From a virus, in the IMG/VR virus record IMGVR_UViG_3300008267_000025, positions 1 to 64,000 of that record: DNA of 64,000 nt; one strand, 5' to 3'. The notes beneath the pieces are model-generated. The model made no database searches. It was not told where the DNA came from and was given only the letters and a program-made list of their open reading frames with translations. Below, piece by piece: positions 61,589 to 64,000 of this stretch. Position 1 is the stretch's first letter. The number at the start of each line of letters is the position of its first letter. Made by a program: the position numbers and the translations under genes.

Positions 61589-62308
61589 ATGAAAAAGAAT
61601 AAAAAGATAATTAACCCTAAATTATCAGAAGGTGATAGAGTTATATTGATATATATGGGAAACGAACAACAACCGATACATAGTAACCAAAAAGGGACTG
61701 TATACGGATTAACTGATTTTGGGGATGAAATAATCTATTATGTTAATTGGGATGATGGTCGTAAATTAAATTTAATTTCAACGGTTGATAAATGGATTAA
61801 AGATGATTCAAATGATTCTGAAATTAATGAACGAATTTTTTTAAAGAAAAAAGATATTACTGAAAATAGTTTAAAACTTCATGATGAATTATATAATCGT
61901 AAAGAAATATTAAAATATTACGATGTTAATAAATTAAGACAATTTTTATCTAATTTAAGAGAAATCAGTGTGGTTAATATGTTTGAATCAGGTTTCTATT
62001 TAGTTTGTGGTAAAGAAAGATTAAAACATGAATTAAAATATAAAAAAGTTAGTTCAAAAAAAGCGTTAAAATATATCATAGATAATGCCGAAAGTGTTAA
62101 ATCATTAATGATAAGAGGTACAATGGAATTACTTAAATCACAAGGTAAAGAAGTAACACCGGAAACAGTTCAACGACTAATGTTAAGAAATGCAAATCAA
62201 ATTGTTATGTTATATATGTTATTACCTATAAAAGATGCAGAACTTGATGACGAAACTGAAGATGAGGACAATTATGCTGAAGACAATGATGAAGACGAGA
62301 ATTATTAA
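61589..62308 (+). CDS. hypothetical protein (SH3-like N-terminus, acidic tail)
   Basis: GDRVILIYM...KGTV...VNWDDG. Confidence 0.7.
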   Translation: MKKNKKIINPKLSEGDRVILIYMGNEQQPIHSNQKGTVYGLTDFGDEIIYYVNWDDGRKLNLISTVDKWIKDDSNDSEINERIFLKKKDITENSLKLHDELYNRKEILKYYDVNKLRQFLSNLREISVVNMFESGFYLVCGKERLKHELKYKKVSSKKALKYIIDNAESVKSLMIRGTMELLKSQGKEVTPETVQRLMLRNANQIVMLYMLLPIKDAELDDETEDEDNYAEDNDEDENY

Positions 62309-62343
62309 TAATAATAAACATATTTATTACTAAACATAAAATT

Positions 62344-62868
62344 ATGAATCAATATTTTTTTAATATAACTAAAGAAGAAAAAGAAAACATTTTAGATAAA
62401 CATAAACATCTTTATGATGGGTATGTAACTGAATATGCTAAGGGTAGTAATCACTATCCTCTATATGTACAAGACATGGCTAACGATAAAAATGGAATAA
62501 CCGTTAATAATAAAGGTGATGTTGGTGTTTATCGTAATCAAAAAATTAATGAAATGCGATTTGATGGGAAATCAACAGGGTTATTTCAAGAAGAAGAATC
62601 TGAACTTGGTCCTCCATTAGATATGATTGCCGATAAAGAAGATGATGTTAAACACGGTACTGTTGATTTTGATGGTAATATTGAAAATTTTGATTTAGGT
62701 GATATTATACCATTTAGTGATGGTGAAGAAGATGAAGTAATTATCGATTTACGACATGATGACATGGACGAAAATGACTTTGAATTAGATGTTGAGAACC
62801 CTATTGAAGTATTATCTAAGATTCAAGAGTCGTTAGATATGTTTAAACGATTTAAAAAATATAATTAG
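62344..62868 (+). CDS. acidic hypothetical protein
   Basis: ORF track; TATTTAT upstream. Confidence 0.75.
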   Translation: MNQYFFNITKEEKENILDKHKHLYDGYVTEYAKGSNHYPLYVQDMANDKNGITVNNKGDVGVYRNQKINEMRFDGKSTGLFQEEESELGPPLDMIADKEDDVKHGTVDFDGNIENFDLGDIIPFSDGEEDEVIIDLRHDDMDENDFELDVENPIEVLSKIQESLDMFKRFKKYN

Positions 62869-62897
62869 TTATATTTTTTATATAACAAAAAAAAATT

Positions 62898-63212
62898 ATG
62901 GAAATTAAAGAATTAATTTCATTTTATATTAACGAATCATTACAAATTTTAGAAGTAACGTTTAGACTTGTTAATGATAATGATGATGAAATTAGGACAG
63001 ACCAAATAGAATTAGATGAGACTAATAATTTCGGGTATGAATTCGTCTCAAATGATAAAATAAATAATGCGTTCGATGAGGATTATTATGATAACGATTC
63101 CGCAATAGATGATGAATTTGAAGAAGAAATTGATGAAGATGAAATTATAATATTTTTAAATGAATATTATACCGTATACCCTAAAAAATTACCTAAAACA
63201 GAACTATTTTAG
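62898..63212 (+). CDS. acidic hypothetical protein
   Basis: ORF track. Confidence 0.7.
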   Translation: MEIKELISFYINESLQILEVTFRLVNDNDDEIRTDQIELDETNNFGYEFVSNDKINNAFDEDYYDNDSAIDDEFEEEIDEDEIIIFLNEYYTVYPKKLPKTELF

Positions 63213-63217
63213 TAAAA

Positions 63218-63454
63218 ATGACCGATATTAATAATTTAATTGATTTTTATAGAAGTTTCACATCTAATAAACAAGATATGAATGAAGAAGGTGAAGGTGA
63301 GACTTCATCTGGAAGTGGGGGTGATAAACCTGAATATCCAACAGTAACTAAATGGGAAACTGGTGTAACTAGAGGACCTGCGAATCAAATAGGATTAACT
63401 AAATGGTCGGATATTGTAAAAATAAACAGAGGTAAAGGAAATACTTTAATTTAA
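63218..63454 (+). CDS. hypothetical protein
   Basis: KWETGVTRGPANQI motif. Confidence 0.7.
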   Translation: MTDINNLIDFYRSFTSNKQDMNEEGEGETSSGSGGDKPEYPTVTKWETGVTRGPANQIGLTKWSDIVKINRGKGNTLI

Positions 63455-63458
63455 TAGA

Positions 63459-64000
63459 ATGAAATATATAGGAATATCAAATGATGAAAATTATCTTTTT
63501 ACAGATAAAGGATTTTTCGTTTTAAGTGAATCTGATAATGAAAACTTTAAATTTGTTAAATACGGTGAAAATCTATTAAACAATCTTGCAACTATTTCAG
63601 AATCTAATACTCAATACCTTTTTAAAAAAGGTAAAATAGATAGAGTTGAGTTTATATCTAAACCAAGAAAATTTTTATCTTCATTATTAGAAGATTTAAA
63701 AATTAATATTGATGATAAATTAAATATACTAATCGAATGGGATAAAAAATTCAGTAAAAATATTTTATTGATTAATGAATCAATTGATGATTCAACGTTA
63801 GAAAATAAAATACATGAATCATGGGATGATATTAAAATCATTACTGAAAGTTTATGGGATGATATTAAATCAGGTGTTAGTTCAACATGGGAAACTATTA
63901 AAGACACAACTAAAAATGTTATCTTACCTTTTATTAAACAAGGTGTTTTATCGTTTTTAAGATGGGTTAGACGAAACTTAAATACTTTTTTTGGTATTAT
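63459..64000 (+). CDS. hypothetical protein, runs off the window end
   Basis: open frame MKYIGISNDE to the end of the sequence. Confidence 0.7.
   Translation, partial: MKYIGISNDENYLFTDKGFFVLSESDNENFKFVKYGENLLNNLATISESNTQYLFKKGKIDRVEFISKPRKFLSSLLEDLKINIDDKLNILIEWDKKFSKNILLINESIDDSTLENKIHESWDDIKIITESLWDDIKSGVSSTWETIKDTTKNVILPFIKQGVLSFLRWVRRNLNTFFGI

Overview
This AT-rich, gene-dense window is best read as part of a large (jumbo/huge) tailed phage genome infecting Bacteroidota. Host evidence: TTTG-N19/20-TAnnTTTG promoters, a Bacteroidota-type DnaK motif (FDCGGGTHDVS) and a T9SS-substrate-like secreted protein. Standard genetic code; no capsid, terminase or polymerase gene in this window. Main content: (1) at least eight tRNA-shaped RNAs with a shared acceptor stem and T arm but different structured inserts in place of the anticodon arm, interleaved with other structured spacers, plus three canonical tRNAs (Met/fMet, Glu, Arg); (2) 25 tiny MORN2/YwqK-like repeat genes in five clusters, most chained by ATGA overlaps; (3) a filled/empty allele pair revealing a 284-bp attC-like cassette insertion; (4) about 20 unrelated proteins behind a TATTTAT promoter-like motif that carry short N-terminal leaders, mostly ending in (I/L)-x-E and reminiscent of T4 capsid-targeting propeptides; (5) a GAF-PAS histidine kinase / patatin / receiver / membrane-protein operon; (6) dnaK split by a group I intron encoding a PD-(D/E)xK-like endonuclease; (7) four CAP-domain secreted paralogues, one split at an A10G slippery tract; and RNA-repair-type enzymes, four peptidoglycan enzymes, SlyD, a GMP reductase-like enzyme and a thioesterase. 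All family calls come from motif recognition by eye, not database searches.
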